NCBI GenBank assembly: GCA_023461115.1
Contig: JAEWOA010000259.1
Span: 7,244-71,243 of the forward strand
Direction: 5' to 3'
DNA length: 64,000 nt
Source of the DNA: Actinomycetes bacterium
GTDB lineage: Bacteria; Actinomycetota; Actinomycetes; Actinomycetales; Cellulomonadaceae
A model generated the notes under the pieces. That model did no database searches, was not told the DNA's origin, and was given only the letters and a program-made list of their open reading frames with translations. The translations under genes and the position numbers were made by a program. This document shows, piece by piece, positions 17,417 through 26,523 of the stretch (the first letter of the stretch is position 1; every line of letters begins with the position of its first letter).

Positions 17417-17821
17417 CTAGGAGGGCCCGCCGGCGTCCGGGCCGCGCAGCCGACGGTCGAGCTCGCGGGCCGCCTCCAGGTCGCGCGTCAGCTCGTCGGC
17501 CACCAGCAGGTCGCGGCGGACCTTCGCGGTGCGGTACCCCGCGCGGCCCACCATGTGCGCGGCCACCGGGGCCGTGAGCAGCCCGAACACCGCCACCAGC
17601 ACCAACGCCCACACGGCGCCCCCGGAGCGCAGCCGCAGCGCGAGCCCGACGAGCACGAGGATCAGCCCGAGCACCTGTGGCTTGGTGCCCGCGTGCATGC
17701 GCGCGAGCAGGTCCGCGAACCGCAGCGCGCCCACACCCGCGGCCAGGACGAAGAACGCCCCGCCCAGCAGGCAGATCGCGGAGGCCACGTCCGCGACCAC
17801 ATCCCAGTCGGCCGCAGTCAT
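17417..17821 (-). CDS. mrpG: Na+/H+ antiporter Mrp subunit G
   Basis: 134 aa, 3 TM (VADVASAICLLGGAFFVLAAGVGALRFADLLARMHAGTKPQ). ATGA overlap with mrpF. Confidence 0.8.
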   Translation of the reverse strand: MTAADWDVVADVASAICLLGGAFFVLAAGVGALRFADLLARMHAGTKPQVLGLILVLVGLALRLRSGGAVWALVLVAVFGLLTAPVAAHMVGRAGYRTAKVRRDLLVADELTRDLEAARELDRRLRGPDAGGPS

Positions 17822-18213
17822 CGCACCTCTCCTTCCGCGCCGCCGCCGTGGTGCTCGTCGTGCTCGAGGCCGGCGCGCAGCTCGTCGAGCTCCGCCTGGC
17901 GCCGCGCGGACTCCTCGGCGGCGATCTCCTCGCGGCTGCGCACACGCCCCTCGCCCTCGGGTTCCACGGACGCGAACCGCGCGATCGTCACGGACCCCAC
18001 GAAGCCGACGAGCGAGAGCACCACGAGCACGGGCACCACGTCGACGCGCCGCTCGACGGCCGCGTACAGCGCCACCGCGGCGATCACCGCGGTCACGGTG
18101 ATGTCGAGCGCCACGGTCCGGTCCAGCATCGACGGACCCTTCTCGGCCCGCACGATCGCGCACACGGCGCCCGCGGTGATGAGCGCGCCGCACACCAGCA
18201 CCACCCACGTCAT
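17818..18213 (-). CDS. mrpF: Na+/H+ antiporter Mrp subunit F
   Basis: 131 aa, 3 TM, plus an acidic C-terminal tail of about 45 aa. ATGA overlaps on both sides. Confidence 0.75.
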   Translation of the reverse strand: MTWVVLVCGALITAGAVCAIVRAEKGPSMLDRTVALDITVTAVIAAVALYAAVERRVDVVPVLVVLSLVGFVGSVTIARFASVEPEGEGRVRSREEIAAEESARRQAELDELRAGLEHDEHHGGGAEGEVR

Positions 18214-18764
18214 GCGGCCACCCCCGTGAGCATTCCCGCCGCGCGCAGCTCGGCGTCGGACGCGAACGCGCGCAGCACGCGCTTCTCCTGGTCGAGCACG
18301 GCCTGCCGCGCTCGCTCGATCCCGCCGGCCTGCCGCACGTCGAGCACGTGCAGGTACAGCACGCCGGTCAGGCGGTGCGCCTCGACGACGAGCGAGCCCG
18401 GCACCAGCGAGCACAGCTCGGCGGTCATCGTCAGGTACAGGTCGGAGTGCGAGCGCAACTGCACGCCGATCACGGCGCCGCGCGGGGTGTACCCGGGCCG
18501 CAGCGCGATGAACGCGACCTCGAACGAGGCCTGCACCAGGTCGAACGCGAACCGCGCGGCGAGCACGACCACACCCCACGGCCGCACGCGCCCGTGGAAC
18601 TCGATCGGGGCCATGCGCAGCGCGCCCGTCACCGCGAGCGCGATCACCAGCCCGGCCAACACGTTCCCCACGGACAGGTCGCCCCACAGGAACACCCAGA
18701 CGGCGGTCAGCCACAGCACCGACCCCCACGTGAAGCGGCGCGCGCGGCGCGGATGCAGGCTCAC
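18210..18764 (-). CDS. mrpE: Na+/H+ antiporter Mrp subunit E
   Basis: 184 aa. WLTAVWVFLWGDLSVGNVLAGLVIALAV is typical of MnhE/MrpE. Position in the operon fits. Confidence 0.8.
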   Translation of the reverse strand: MSLHPRRARRFTWGSVLWLTAVWVFLWGDLSVGNVLAGLVIALAVTGALRMAPIEFHGRVRPWGVVVLAARFAFDLVQASFEVAFIALRPGYTPRGAVIGVQLRSHSDLYLTMTAELCSLVPGSLVVEAHRLTGVLYLHVLDVRQAGGIERARQAVLDQEKRVLRAFASDAELRAAGMLTGVAA

Positions 18765-20365
18765 GGCGCGGCCCCCTCGTCGCTCGTCGGACCGCCCGCG
18801 CCCTCGTCGTCCCCGGAGCCGCCGTCCCGCGCGGCGTCGGCGGACTCGCCCTCACCGCGATGGCCGTCGGGGAGGACCGCGTCGATGTACGGCGTGCGTT
18901 CCGCGAGCGCGTCGGCGGCGCGCCCGGTGTACGCGTACAGCGGGCCGCCCGCGAACGTCAGCACGAGCCCGACGACGACGAGCGCGGCCGCGGGGCCGAC
19001 CATCCCGAACGGCATGCGGAGCGGCCGCGCGGGCTCCGGGTTGGACGGGGTCTGCCAGAACGCCTTGTTCCAGGCCTTGACCAGCGCGTACAGCGTGAGC
19101 AGCGACGTGACGACCGACCCGACGACCAGCGTGTACGCCAACGCGGACCCGTCCGCGGCGCCGGCCTGGAGCAGTCCGAGCTTGCCCAGGAACCCGGACA
19201 ACGGCGGGATCCCGGCCAGGTTCATGGCGGGCACGAAGAACAGCACCGCGAGCACGGGCGCGAGCTTGGCCAGGCCGCCGAGCCTCGTCAGGGACGTCGA
19301 GCCACCCACGCGCTCGACGAGCCCCACCACCAGGAACAACGCGGTCTGCACGGTGATGTGGTGCGCGACGTAGTAGATCGCGGCGGTCCATCCCGCGTTC
19401 GACGACAACGCGATGCCGAACACCATGTACCCGATGTGGCTGACCAGTGTGAACGACAGCAGACGCTTGATGTCGTCCTGCGCGACGGCGCCGAGGATCC
19501 CGACGACCATGGTCGCGAGCGCGGCCCACATGAGGACGTCGTCGAGCCGCCCGTCGGGGAACAACAGGGTCTGGGTGCGGATGATCGCGTAGACGCCGAC
19601 CTTCGTCAGCAAGCCCGCGAACACCGCGGTGACGGGCGCCGGGGCGGTCGGGTAGGAGTCGGGGAGCCACGCGGACAGGGGGAACACCGCGGCTTTGACC
19701 GCGAACGCGAGCAGGAGCAGCACCTGCAGCAGCAGCCGTATCCCGGGGTCGAGCTCGGGCAGCCGGATCGCGAGCTGGGCGAGGTTCACCGTGCCGCACG
19801 CCGCGTAGATCGCCGCGAGCGCGATCAGGAACAGCACCGAGGACAACAGCGCGACCACCACGTAGATGGTCCCGGCACGGATGCGGTCGCCCGTGCCGCC
19901 GAGCGTCAGGAGCACGAAGGACGCCGCGAGCAGGATCTCGAAACCGACGTAGATGTTGAACAGGTCGCCCGAGAGGAACGCGTTGGCCACGCCCGCGGAC
20001 AGCACCAGGAACGTCGGGTGGTAGATCGAGATCGGCGCGGACTCCTCGTCGTCGTCGCGGCCCTGCGCGAGCGAGTACAGCAGGACGCAGAGCGTGACGG
20101 CCGACGAGATCGTCAGCATCAGCGCCGAGAGCCGGTCGGCGACGAGGTCGATCCCCACGGGCGCCGCCCAGTCCCCGACGTCCACGACCAGCGGGCCGTC
20201 GTCGACGACCACCAGCAGCGTCAGGGACGCGATCAGCACCAACGCGAGAGCGGTGACCGAGACGAACGGCTGCACGCGCGGGCGCCGGTACAGCGCGAGC
20301 GTGAGGCCTGCGGAGAGCAGCGGGATCACGACCGGGAGGGGCACGAGCCAGGTCAGGCTGGTCAT
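18761..20365 (-). CDS. mrpD: Na+/H+ antiporter Mrp subunit D (NuoN/ND2-like)
   Basis: Start at ATG 20365 (MTSLTWLVPLPVV), with an ATGA overlap with the mrpC stop. The 794-aa track ORF is an upstream over-extension. Multi-TM proton-pumping subunit pattern. Confidence 0.85.
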   Translation of the reverse strand: MTSLTWLVPLPVVIPLLSAGLTLALYRRPRVQPFVSVTALALVLIASLTLLVVVDDGPLVVDVGDWAAPVGIDLVADRLSALMLTISSAVTLCVLLYSLAQGRDDDEESAPISIYHPTFLVLSAGVANAFLSGDLFNIYVGFEILLAASFVLLTLGGTGDRIRAGTIYVVVALLSSVLFLIALAAIYAACGTVNLAQLAIRLPELDPGIRLLLQVLLLLAFAVKAAVFPLSAWLPDSYPTAPAPVTAVFAGLLTKVGVYAIIRTQTLLFPDGRLDDVLMWAALATMVVGILGAVAQDDIKRLLSFTLVSHIGYMVFGIALSSNAGWTAAIYYVAHHITVQTALFLVVGLVERVGGSTSLTRLGGLAKLAPVLAVLFFVPAMNLAGIPPLSGFLGKLGLLQAGAADGSALAYTLVVGSVVTSLLTLYALVKAWNKAFWQTPSNPEPARPLRMPFGMVGPAAALVVVGLVLTFAGGPLYAYTGRAADALAERTPYIDAVLPDGHRGEGESADAARDGGSGDDEGAGGPTSDEGAAP

Positions 20366-20883
20366 CGTCGGCTCCTCTCGTCGTCGTGGTCGGGGTCGGG
20401 CTCGGGCGGCGCGGCGGCGGCGCCGTCGTCGGTCTCGTCGCGCGCCTCCTCGGCTTCCTCGTCGAGGGTCTGGCCGGACTCCTCGGTGTCGCTGTCGGCG
20501 GTCGCGCGGATGTCGATGGCCGCGAGCCGCGCGATGCGCCGGTCCTCGAGGTCGTCCTGCACCTCGTCGTGCTTGTTCAGCTGCCAGGACCGGTACGCCA
20601 TGGCCAGCAGGAACGCGCTGAGCCCCAGCGTGATGACGATCGCGGTGAGCACCATGGCCTGCGGCAGCGGGTCGCTCATCTGGCCCTGCGGCTCGAGGCC
20701 GACGATGGGCGGCCGGCCCGCGACTCCGCCCGCGACCAGGAAGAACAGGTTGGCCGCGTTGCCGAGCAGGATCACGCCGATCAGCACCCGGGACAGCGAG
20801 CGCTCGAGCAGCAGGTACACGCCCGCGGCGACGAGCACCACGATGACCACGACGAGCACGACGTTGGGCGTCATCTCGATCAT
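20362..20883 (-). CDS. mrpC: Na+/H+ antiporter Mrp subunit C (NuoK-like) with an acidic C-terminal extension
   Basis: The N-terminal 110 aa have 3 TM (LLLERSLSRVLIGVILLGNAANLFFL). The C-terminal roughly 60 aa are Asp/Glu-rich. Confidence 0.8.
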   Translation of the reverse strand: MIEMTPNVVLVVVIVVLVAAGVYLLLERSLSRVLIGVILLGNAANLFFLVAGGVAGRPPIVGLEPQGQMSDPLPQAMVLTAIVITLGLSAFLLAMAYRSWQLNKHDEVQDDLEDRRIARLAAIDIRATADSDTEESGQTLDEEAEEARDETDDGAAAAPPEPDPDHDDERSRR

Positions 20884-23800
20884 GCGCGCCCACCCCCGCC
20901 CGACGACGAGCCGCCCGACGACACCCCGCCCGACGACAGCCCCACAGCCGGCGGCACATCCGCCGCCCCGAGCTCCGCGAGCCCCGCGTCGCCCTCGGCG
21001 GCGTCGCCGAACGGCTCGTCCTCGCCCATCTCCGCGCGCCGGTCGAGCTCGGCGCCGAGCGACCGCAGGATGTCGAGCACGAGCCCGATGACCACCAGGT
21101 ACACGCCGATGTCGAAGAACAGGCTCGTGACCAGGTGCACGTCACCGATCACGGGCAGGTGCAGGTCGAACACCTTCGACTCCAGGACGGTCCCGCCCAG
21201 CAACTGCGCGACCAGCCCCACTCCCGCGGACAGGAACAGCCCGAGCCCCAGCAGGAGGCCGGGCTGCACGGGCGCGGCCTCGCCGAGCTCGTAGCGCCCG
21301 CCCGCCAGGTACCGCACGGTCAGCGCGATGCCGACGACGAGCCCGGCCGCGAACCCGCCGCCGGGCGCGTTGTGCCCGCTGAACAGCAGGAACACCGAGT
21401 AGACGATCATCGTGTGGAACAGCAGCCGCACGACCACCTCGAACACCACGGACCGCCGTTGCGGCGCGAGGGTCCGGCCGGCGCGCAGCCACTCCTGGTC
21501 GGTCGCGGGCGCGTCGAGCCGCACTTGGAGCGCGCCGCGGCGCAGGAGGGCCATGGGGTCGGGCCCGCCCCACACGGCCCGGTCGCGCTTGGCCTCCTGG
21601 GCGCGGAAGATCTGCCCGCCTCGTCGGGACAGGAAGACGAGCGACGCGACGCCGGTGGCGGCCACCAGCAGCACCGAGATCTCGCCCATGGTGTCCCACG
21701 CGCGGATGTCCACGAGCGTGACGTTGACGATGTTGCGCCCGCCGCCCCACTCGACGGCCTCCTCGGCGAAGTGCTCCGAGACCGGCGGGTGCACCCGAGC
21801 CCACGGCGCCGCGAGCGCCACCGCGCCGACCGCGAGCCCCGCGAGCACGCCGACTCCGAGCCGCACCCACCGGGACGCGACGAGCGGCCGGTCGGAGAAG
21901 TACGGCGGCAGGCGCCGCATGACCAGCACGAACACCACGAGCGTCACGGTCTCGACGAGCACCTGGGTGAGCGCGAGGTCCGGGGCGCCGTGCAGCAGGA
22001 ACAGCCCGGCCACCGCGTAGCCGCCGATGCCCAGCAGGATCACGGCCTTGAGGCGGCGGCGGGCGCGCGCGGCGAGCACCGCGGAGACGATCGCGGCCGC
22101 GCCGAACACCGCCTGGGCCGGGTTGTCCCAGAGCCGGAGCTCGTCGGGGAACCGCACACCCATCGCGGAGCTCACGCCGATGCCGACGACGAAGACGCCC
22201 AGGATGATGCCGAGGTAGAGGGGCAGCGAGCCACGTTGGGTGACGGCCGTGACGTCGGCCGCGAGGTCGTCGAGCCGCCGCATGAACCGCCGGTACACGC
22301 GGTCGGCCTCGGGCCCCCGGTACGCGCCGGACTGCCACCGCTCCACGCGGTCGCGCGCGAGGAACAGCACGAGCCCGGATGCGAGGATCAGGGCGGTGAG
22401 CGCGAGCGTGGGGGTGAAGCCCGCCCACAACGTCAGGTGGCCGGGCTCGCCTTCGGGGTAGGTGTTCGCGTACGGCGCGAGCAGGTCCTCGCCGAGCTGC
22501 GGCAGCAGCGCGACCGCGAGCCCCAGCAGGCCCAGGATCAGCGCGGGCCACACCAACAGCATCGACGGGTGCGAGATGGGCGCGGGCTCGGCGTCGGGGG
22601 AGGCCGTGGCGGGCGTCGTCGTGCCGGGGCTCTGCGCGCCGTCGACCTGCGTGGCCACGGCCTCGGGCACCAGCGCGGACTCGGGGATCACGGCGTTCTT
22701 GTCCGCGAACGCGCCCCACCACAGCCGCAGGCCGTACGCCACGGTCAGCGCCGAGCCGACCCCCACGGCCGCGAGGATCCACGGCCCGCCGAAGTCCTCG
22801 AGCCCTTCGAGCGCAGCCTCCTTGGCCACGTACCCCGCGAACGGCGGCAGCCCGATCATGCTGGCCACGCCGAGCGCGCCCGCGACCGCGGTCAGCGGCA
22901 GCTCACGCCCGACGCCCGAGAGGCGCCGCAGGTCGCGTGTGCCCGTGGCCGCGTCGACCACGCCCACGACGAGGAACAGCGCGGCCTTGAACATCGCGTG
23001 CGCGCCCAGCATCGCGAGTCCCGCGAGCGCGGTGGCCCGTGTCCCGAGCCCGACGAGCAGCGTGATCAGCCCCAACTGGCTGACGGTCCCGAACGCGAGG
23101 ATCAGCTTGAGGTCGTGCTGCCGCAGCGCGCGGTACCCCCCAAGCAGCAGCGTCCCGCACCCGAGCACGACGACGGTCCAGCGCCACAGGCCGTTCGTCG
23201 AGTAGGCCGGCGCGAAGCGCGCGACGAGGTACACGCCGGCCTTCACCATCGCGGCGGCGTGCAGGTACGCGGACACCGGGGTCGGCGCGGCCATCGCCGC
23301 GGGCAGCCAGAAGTGGAACGGGATGAGCGCGGACTTCGTCACCGCGCCGGCGAGCAGGCACGCGAGCGCGACCGTGACCACGGCGCCGCCCGGCGGGTGC
23401 GCGATCACCTCGCTCAGCCGGTACGTGCCCGCCGCCTCGCCGAGCAGCACGACCCCCACGAGCATCGCGAGCCCGCCCGCGGTGGTGATCACGATGGCCT
23501 GCATCGCGGCCCGCCGCGACGCCTTGCGGTCCGAGTAGTGGCCGATGAGCAGGTACGACGTGACCGTCGTCAGCTCCCAGAACACGAACATCAGCAGCAT
23601 GTCGTCGGAGGTGACGAGCCCGAGCATCGCCCCGGCGAACGCGACGAACACCCCGCCGAACCGGCCGAGCCCCTGCGCCGAGGCGGAGAAGTACGCGGCG
23701 CAGTAGACCAGGACGAGCGTCCCGACACCGCCGACGACGAGCGTCATGAACCAGCTCAGCGTGTCCAGGCGGAAGCTCAGCTCGAGCCCGAGCTGCCCGA

Positions 23801-23981
23801 TCCACTCGACGCTCTCCACCGGCCCTTTGCCGGCCTGCACCTGGCGGGTCCACGCGAGCGCCCAGGCGGCCGCCGACGCCGGGGCGAGGGCCAGGATCCA
23901 GAACGCCTTGCGTCCCATCAGCCTGACGAGCAGGGGCGCGACGACGGCTGCAGCCACATGGAGGCCGAGCAGCAAGACCAT
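20880..23981 (-). CDS. mrpA: Na+/H+ antiporter Mrp subunit A fused to subunit B (group-2 Mrp)
   Basis: 1033 aa. N-terminal NuoL/ND5-like domain plus a C-terminal MnhB-like domain. It is the first gene of the mrpA-C-D-E-F-G operon, whose junctions overlap. Confidence 0.9.
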   Translation of the reverse strand: MVLLLGLHVAAAVVAPLLVRLMGRKAFWILALAPASAAAWALAWTRQVQAGKGPVESVEWIGQLGLELSFRLDTLSWFMTLVVGGVGTLVLVYCAAYFSASAQGLGRFGGVFVAFAGAMLGLVTSDDMLLMFVFWELTTVTSYLLIGHYSDRKASRRAAMQAIVITTAGGLAMLVGVVLLGEAAGTYRLSEVIAHPPGGAVVTVALACLLAGAVTKSALIPFHFWLPAAMAAPTPVSAYLHAAAMVKAGVYLVARFAPAYSTNGLWRWTVVVLGCGTLLLGGYRALRQHDLKLILAFGTVSQLGLITLLVGLGTRATALAGLAMLGAHAMFKAALFLVVGVVDAATGTRDLRRLSGVGRELPLTAVAGALGVASMIGLPPFAGYVAKEAALEGLEDFGGPWILAAVGVGSALTVAYGLRLWWGAFADKNAVIPESALVPEAVATQVDGAQSPGTTTPATASPDAEPAPISHPSMLLVWPALILGLLGLAVALLPQLGEDLLAPYANTYPEGEPGHLTLWAGFTPTLALTALILASGLVLFLARDRVERWQSGAYRGPEADRVYRRFMRRLDDLAADVTAVTQRGSLPLYLGIILGVFVVGIGVSSAMGVRFPDELRLWDNPAQAVFGAAAIVSAVLAARARRRLKAVILLGIGGYAVAGLFLLHGAPDLALTQVLVETVTLVVFVLVMRRLPPYFSDRPLVASRWVRLGVGVLAGLAVGAVALAAPWARVHPPVSEHFAEEAVEWGGGRNIVNVTLVDIRAWDTMGEISVLLVAATGVASLVFLSRRGGQIFRAQEAKRDRAVWGGPDPMALLRRGALQVRLDAPATDQEWLRAGRTLAPQRRSVVFEVVVRLLFHTMIVYSVFLLFSGHNAPGGGFAAGLVVGIALTVRYLAGGRYELGEAAPVQPGLLLGLGLFLSAGVGLVAQLLGGTVLESKVFDLHLPVIGDVHLVTSLFFDIGVYLVVIGLVLDILRSLGAELDRRAEMGEDEPFGDAAEGDAGLAELGAADVPPAVGLSSGGVSSGGSSSGGGGRA

Positions 23982-24001
23982 CGCGTCCGGCTCCGTCCTG
24001 T

Positions 24002-24195
24002 CGGGGGCGGCGGGTGGGGTCGGATCAGGTCAAGACCCTATCAACCACTCCCCACCCCCTTTCCCCCTCCCCACCCCACCTCCCCCTCCGCCGAGATGGT
24101 GAGTCCGCAGCGAGGTGGTGAGTCCGGAGCACTGATCTCGATGCGAACTCACCACCTCGAGGCCCGGGGAGAGGCGGGGGTGGAGGTGGGGCGGG
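24002..24195. repeat. Composite G/C-tract plus inverted-repeat element between the divergent mrpA and Fe-S genes
   Basis: GGGTGGGG (24012-19) pairs with CCCCACCC (24050-57). The C-tract at 24047-24092 has six or more runs of 4-5 C. Then GAGATGGTGAGT, GAGGTGGTGAGT (24112-23), a 23-nt loop and ACTCACCACCTC (24147-58). A G-tract follows at 24166-24195. Confidence 0.9.
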
Positions 24196-24202
24196 CTAGC
24201 GT

Positions 24203-26353
24203 GTGCGGGTGGATCTGGTGCAGTGGGTGTGCTTGGCCCTTGTCGTCCTTGCGACCGTCGCTGGGGTGGGGTTGTTCGTGCGCGGCGCGACGACGATCGC
24301 GCGGACCGTGGCCGTCGGACGGCCGGCACCCGCTGAGCGCCTGCGGCCCGTCGGCACGCGGCTGCGGACGCTGGCCCGCGAGGTGTTCGGGCACACCCGG
24401 TTCCAGCACCGGCCCTGGATCCGCGTCGCGCACTGGGTGGTGGCGGCGTCGTTCGTCGTCCTGTCCGTGACGCTGCTGACGGGGTACTTCCAAGTCGTCT
24501 CGCCCCAGTTCGCGCTCCCGCTGGTCGGCCACTTCGTCCCGCTCGAGTGGGCCATCGAGGTGCTGGCGTGGGCGTCGCTCGTCGGGATCGTCGCGTTGTT
24601 CGTCGTGCGCCTGGCCATCTCCCCCAGGCGTTCCGACGACGAGCCCGCGCGCCGCCGCTCCCGCTTCTTCGGGTCCAACCAGGCGCAGGCGTTCTACGTC
24701 GAGGCGACGATCCTGGCCGTCGTGCTCGCGGTGCTGGTGCTGCGCGGCTTGGAGTACGCGCTGGCGGCCCAGGCGGGCGACGACACGGCCAGCGCCTGGC
24801 ACTTCCCCCTCACCGCGTGGTTCGGGGCGTCGTGGACGGCCGTCGCGCCGGACACGCTCGAGGCCGCGGTCGTCGTCACGGCCACCGTGAAGATCCTGGT
24901 GTCGATGGCGTGGCTCGTCGTGATCGGACTGCAACCGACCATGGGCGTCGCGTGGCACCGGTTCCTCGCCGTCGTCAACGTCTACGCCCGACGAGAGGCG
25001 GCGGGCGGCCCGGCGCTCGGCCCGCTCCAGCCGCTCACGCTCGCCGACGGCGCGCCCGTGGACCTCGCCGCGCTCGAGGACCTGCCCGACGACGCGCGCC
25101 TGGGCGTCGGCGCCATCGAGGACTTCACGTGGAAGGGCCTGCTCGACTTCTCCACCTGCACCGAGTGCGGCCGCTGCCAGGATCAGTGCCCGGCGTGGGC
25201 GACGGGCAAGCCGCTGTCCCCCAAGCTCGTGACGCTCGCGCTGCGCGACCACGCGGCCGCCACCGCGCCCTACCTGCGCTCGCCCTCGGGCGACACCACC
25301 CCCGACGAGGGCCACGCCGGGCTGGACCTGATCGGGACCGGGGTGATCGACGCGGATGCGCTGTGGGCGTGCACCACCTGCGGCGCGTGCGTCCAGCAGT
25401 GCCCGGTGGACATCGAGCACGTGGACGCGATCGTCGACATGCGGCGCTACCAGGTGCTCATGGAGTCGGCGTTCCCCAAGGAGCTCGGCGGCACGTTCAC
25501 CAAGCTCGAGCGGCAGGGCAACCCGTGGGGGCTGCCGGCCCGCGCACGGCTGGACTGGGCCAAGGGCCTGGACTTCGACGTGCCCGTCGTCGGGGCGGAC
25601 GTGGAGTCCGCGGCAGACGTGGACTACCTGTTCTGGGTCGGATGCGCCGGGGCCTACGAGGACCGCGCCAAGAAGACGACGCGCGCGGTGGCCGAGCTGC
25701 TGCACGCCGCGGGGGTGTCGTTCGCGGTGCTGGGCGACGGCGAGACCTGCACAGGCGACCCGGCCCGCCGCTCCGGCAACGAGCTGCTGTACCAGCTGCT
25801 GGCCTCGCAGAACGTCGAGGTGCTCAACGAGGTCGGCGCGCAGCGCATCGTCGTGACCTGCGCGCACTGCTTCAACACGATCAGCCGCGAGTACCCGCAG
25901 CTCGGCGGCCGGTACACCGTGGTGCACCACACGGAGCTGCTGAACTCGCTCGTCGCCGACGGCCGCCTCACGCTGCTGCCGTCCGACGACACGCACGCCG
26001 TCACCTACCACGACCCCTGCTACCTGGGCCGGCACAACCAGGTCTACTCCCCGCCGCGCGAGCTGCTCGCCGCGATCCCGGGCGTCGAGGTGCGCGAGAT
26101 GCCGCGCTCGGGCGCCGACTCGTTCTGCTGCGGCGCCGGCGGCGCGCGCGTGTGGATGGAGGAGACGATCGGCACGCGTATCTCGACCACCCGCGCGCAG
26201 GAGGCGATCGACACCGGCGCCGGGGTGATCGCCACCGCGTGCCCGTACTGCACCGTCATGCTGCACGACGGCGCCGCCGCGGCGACCCCCGGCGCCATCG
26301 GCGCCCCGGAGGTCACCGACATCGCCCAACTCCTCCACGCCCGCCTCCGCTAG
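24203..26353 (+). CDS. Membrane-anchored (Fe-S)-binding oxidoreductase, HdrD/GlpC-like (Rv0338c-type)
   Basis: N-terminal multi-TM region of about 250 aa. Two ferredoxin-type clusters (CTECGRCQDQCP, CTTCGACVQQCP) and two CCG-type cysteine-rich domains (CAHCFNT...DPCYLGRH, FCCGAGG...CPYC). GTG start. Confidence 0.85.
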   Translation: MRVDLVQWVCLALVVLATVAGVGLFVRGATTIARTVAVGRPAPAERLRPVGTRLRTLAREVFGHTRFQHRPWIRVAHWVVAASFVVLSVTLLTGYFQVVSPQFALPLVGHFVPLEWAIEVLAWASLVGIVALFVVRLAISPRRSDDEPARRRSRFFGSNQAQAFYVEATILAVVLAVLVLRGLEYALAAQAGDDTASAWHFPLTAWFGASWTAVAPDTLEAAVVVTATVKILVSMAWLVVIGLQPTMGVAWHRFLAVVNVYARREAAGGPALGPLQPLTLADGAPVDLAALEDLPDDARLGVGAIEDFTWKGLLDFSTCTECGRCQDQCPAWATGKPLSPKLVTLALRDHAAATAPYLRSPSGDTTPDEGHAGLDLIGTGVIDADALWACTTCGACVQQCPVDIEHVDAIVDMRRYQVLMESAFPKELGGTFTKLERQGNPWGLPARARLDWAKGLDFDVPVVGADVESAADVDYLFWVGCAGAYEDRAKKTTRAVAELLHAAGVSFAVLGDGETCTGDPARRSGNELLYQLLASQNVEVLNEVGAQRIVVTCAHCFNTISREYPQLGGRYTVVHHTELLNSLVADGRLTLLPSDDTHAVTYHDPCYLGRHNQVYSPPRELLAAIPGVEVREMPRSGADSFCCGAGGARVWMEETIGTRISTTRAQEAIDTGAGVIATACPYCTVMLHDGAAAATPGAIGAPEVTDIAQLLHARLR

Positions 26354-26418
26354 GTACCCGCCCGAGGGTCGCCGCCCAGCCTCACGCGCGCGTGGCTGCG
26401 CCGATGGATGCGGCAGGT

Positions 26419-26439
26419 GCGCCCGCCACGGGCGCTTTC
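26419..26439 (+). terminator. Stem-loop after the Fe-S gene
   Basis: GCGCCC-gccac-GGGCGC followed by TTTC. The short stem and short U-tract make this weak. Confidence 0.3.
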
Positions 26440-26523
26440 GGCGCAGCCACCGACGCATCGACGTGGGCGTCCAACGCGTGGGCGCGGGTTCCGCGGGTGC
26501 GCGGGCACCGCGAGAGTGGGCGC

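Noticed and set aside
18761-21145. A 794-aa version of mrpD extending upstream through mrpC and into mrpA.
   Set aside because: The upstream 260 aa are Arg/Ala-rich out-of-frame translation of mrpC and mrpA. ATG 20365 gives the canonical MrpD N-terminus and a 4-nt overlap with the mrpC stop.
24047-24092. 6C RNA (an actinobacterial sRNA with C-rich loops) as an explanation for the C-tract.
   Set aside because: 6C RNA has two short hairpins with C-rich loops. Here the C-runs form one long uninterrupted tract that pairs with G-tracts, rather than sitting in loops. I cannot run a covariance model, so I do not claim it. An Infernal search with RF01066 would settle it.
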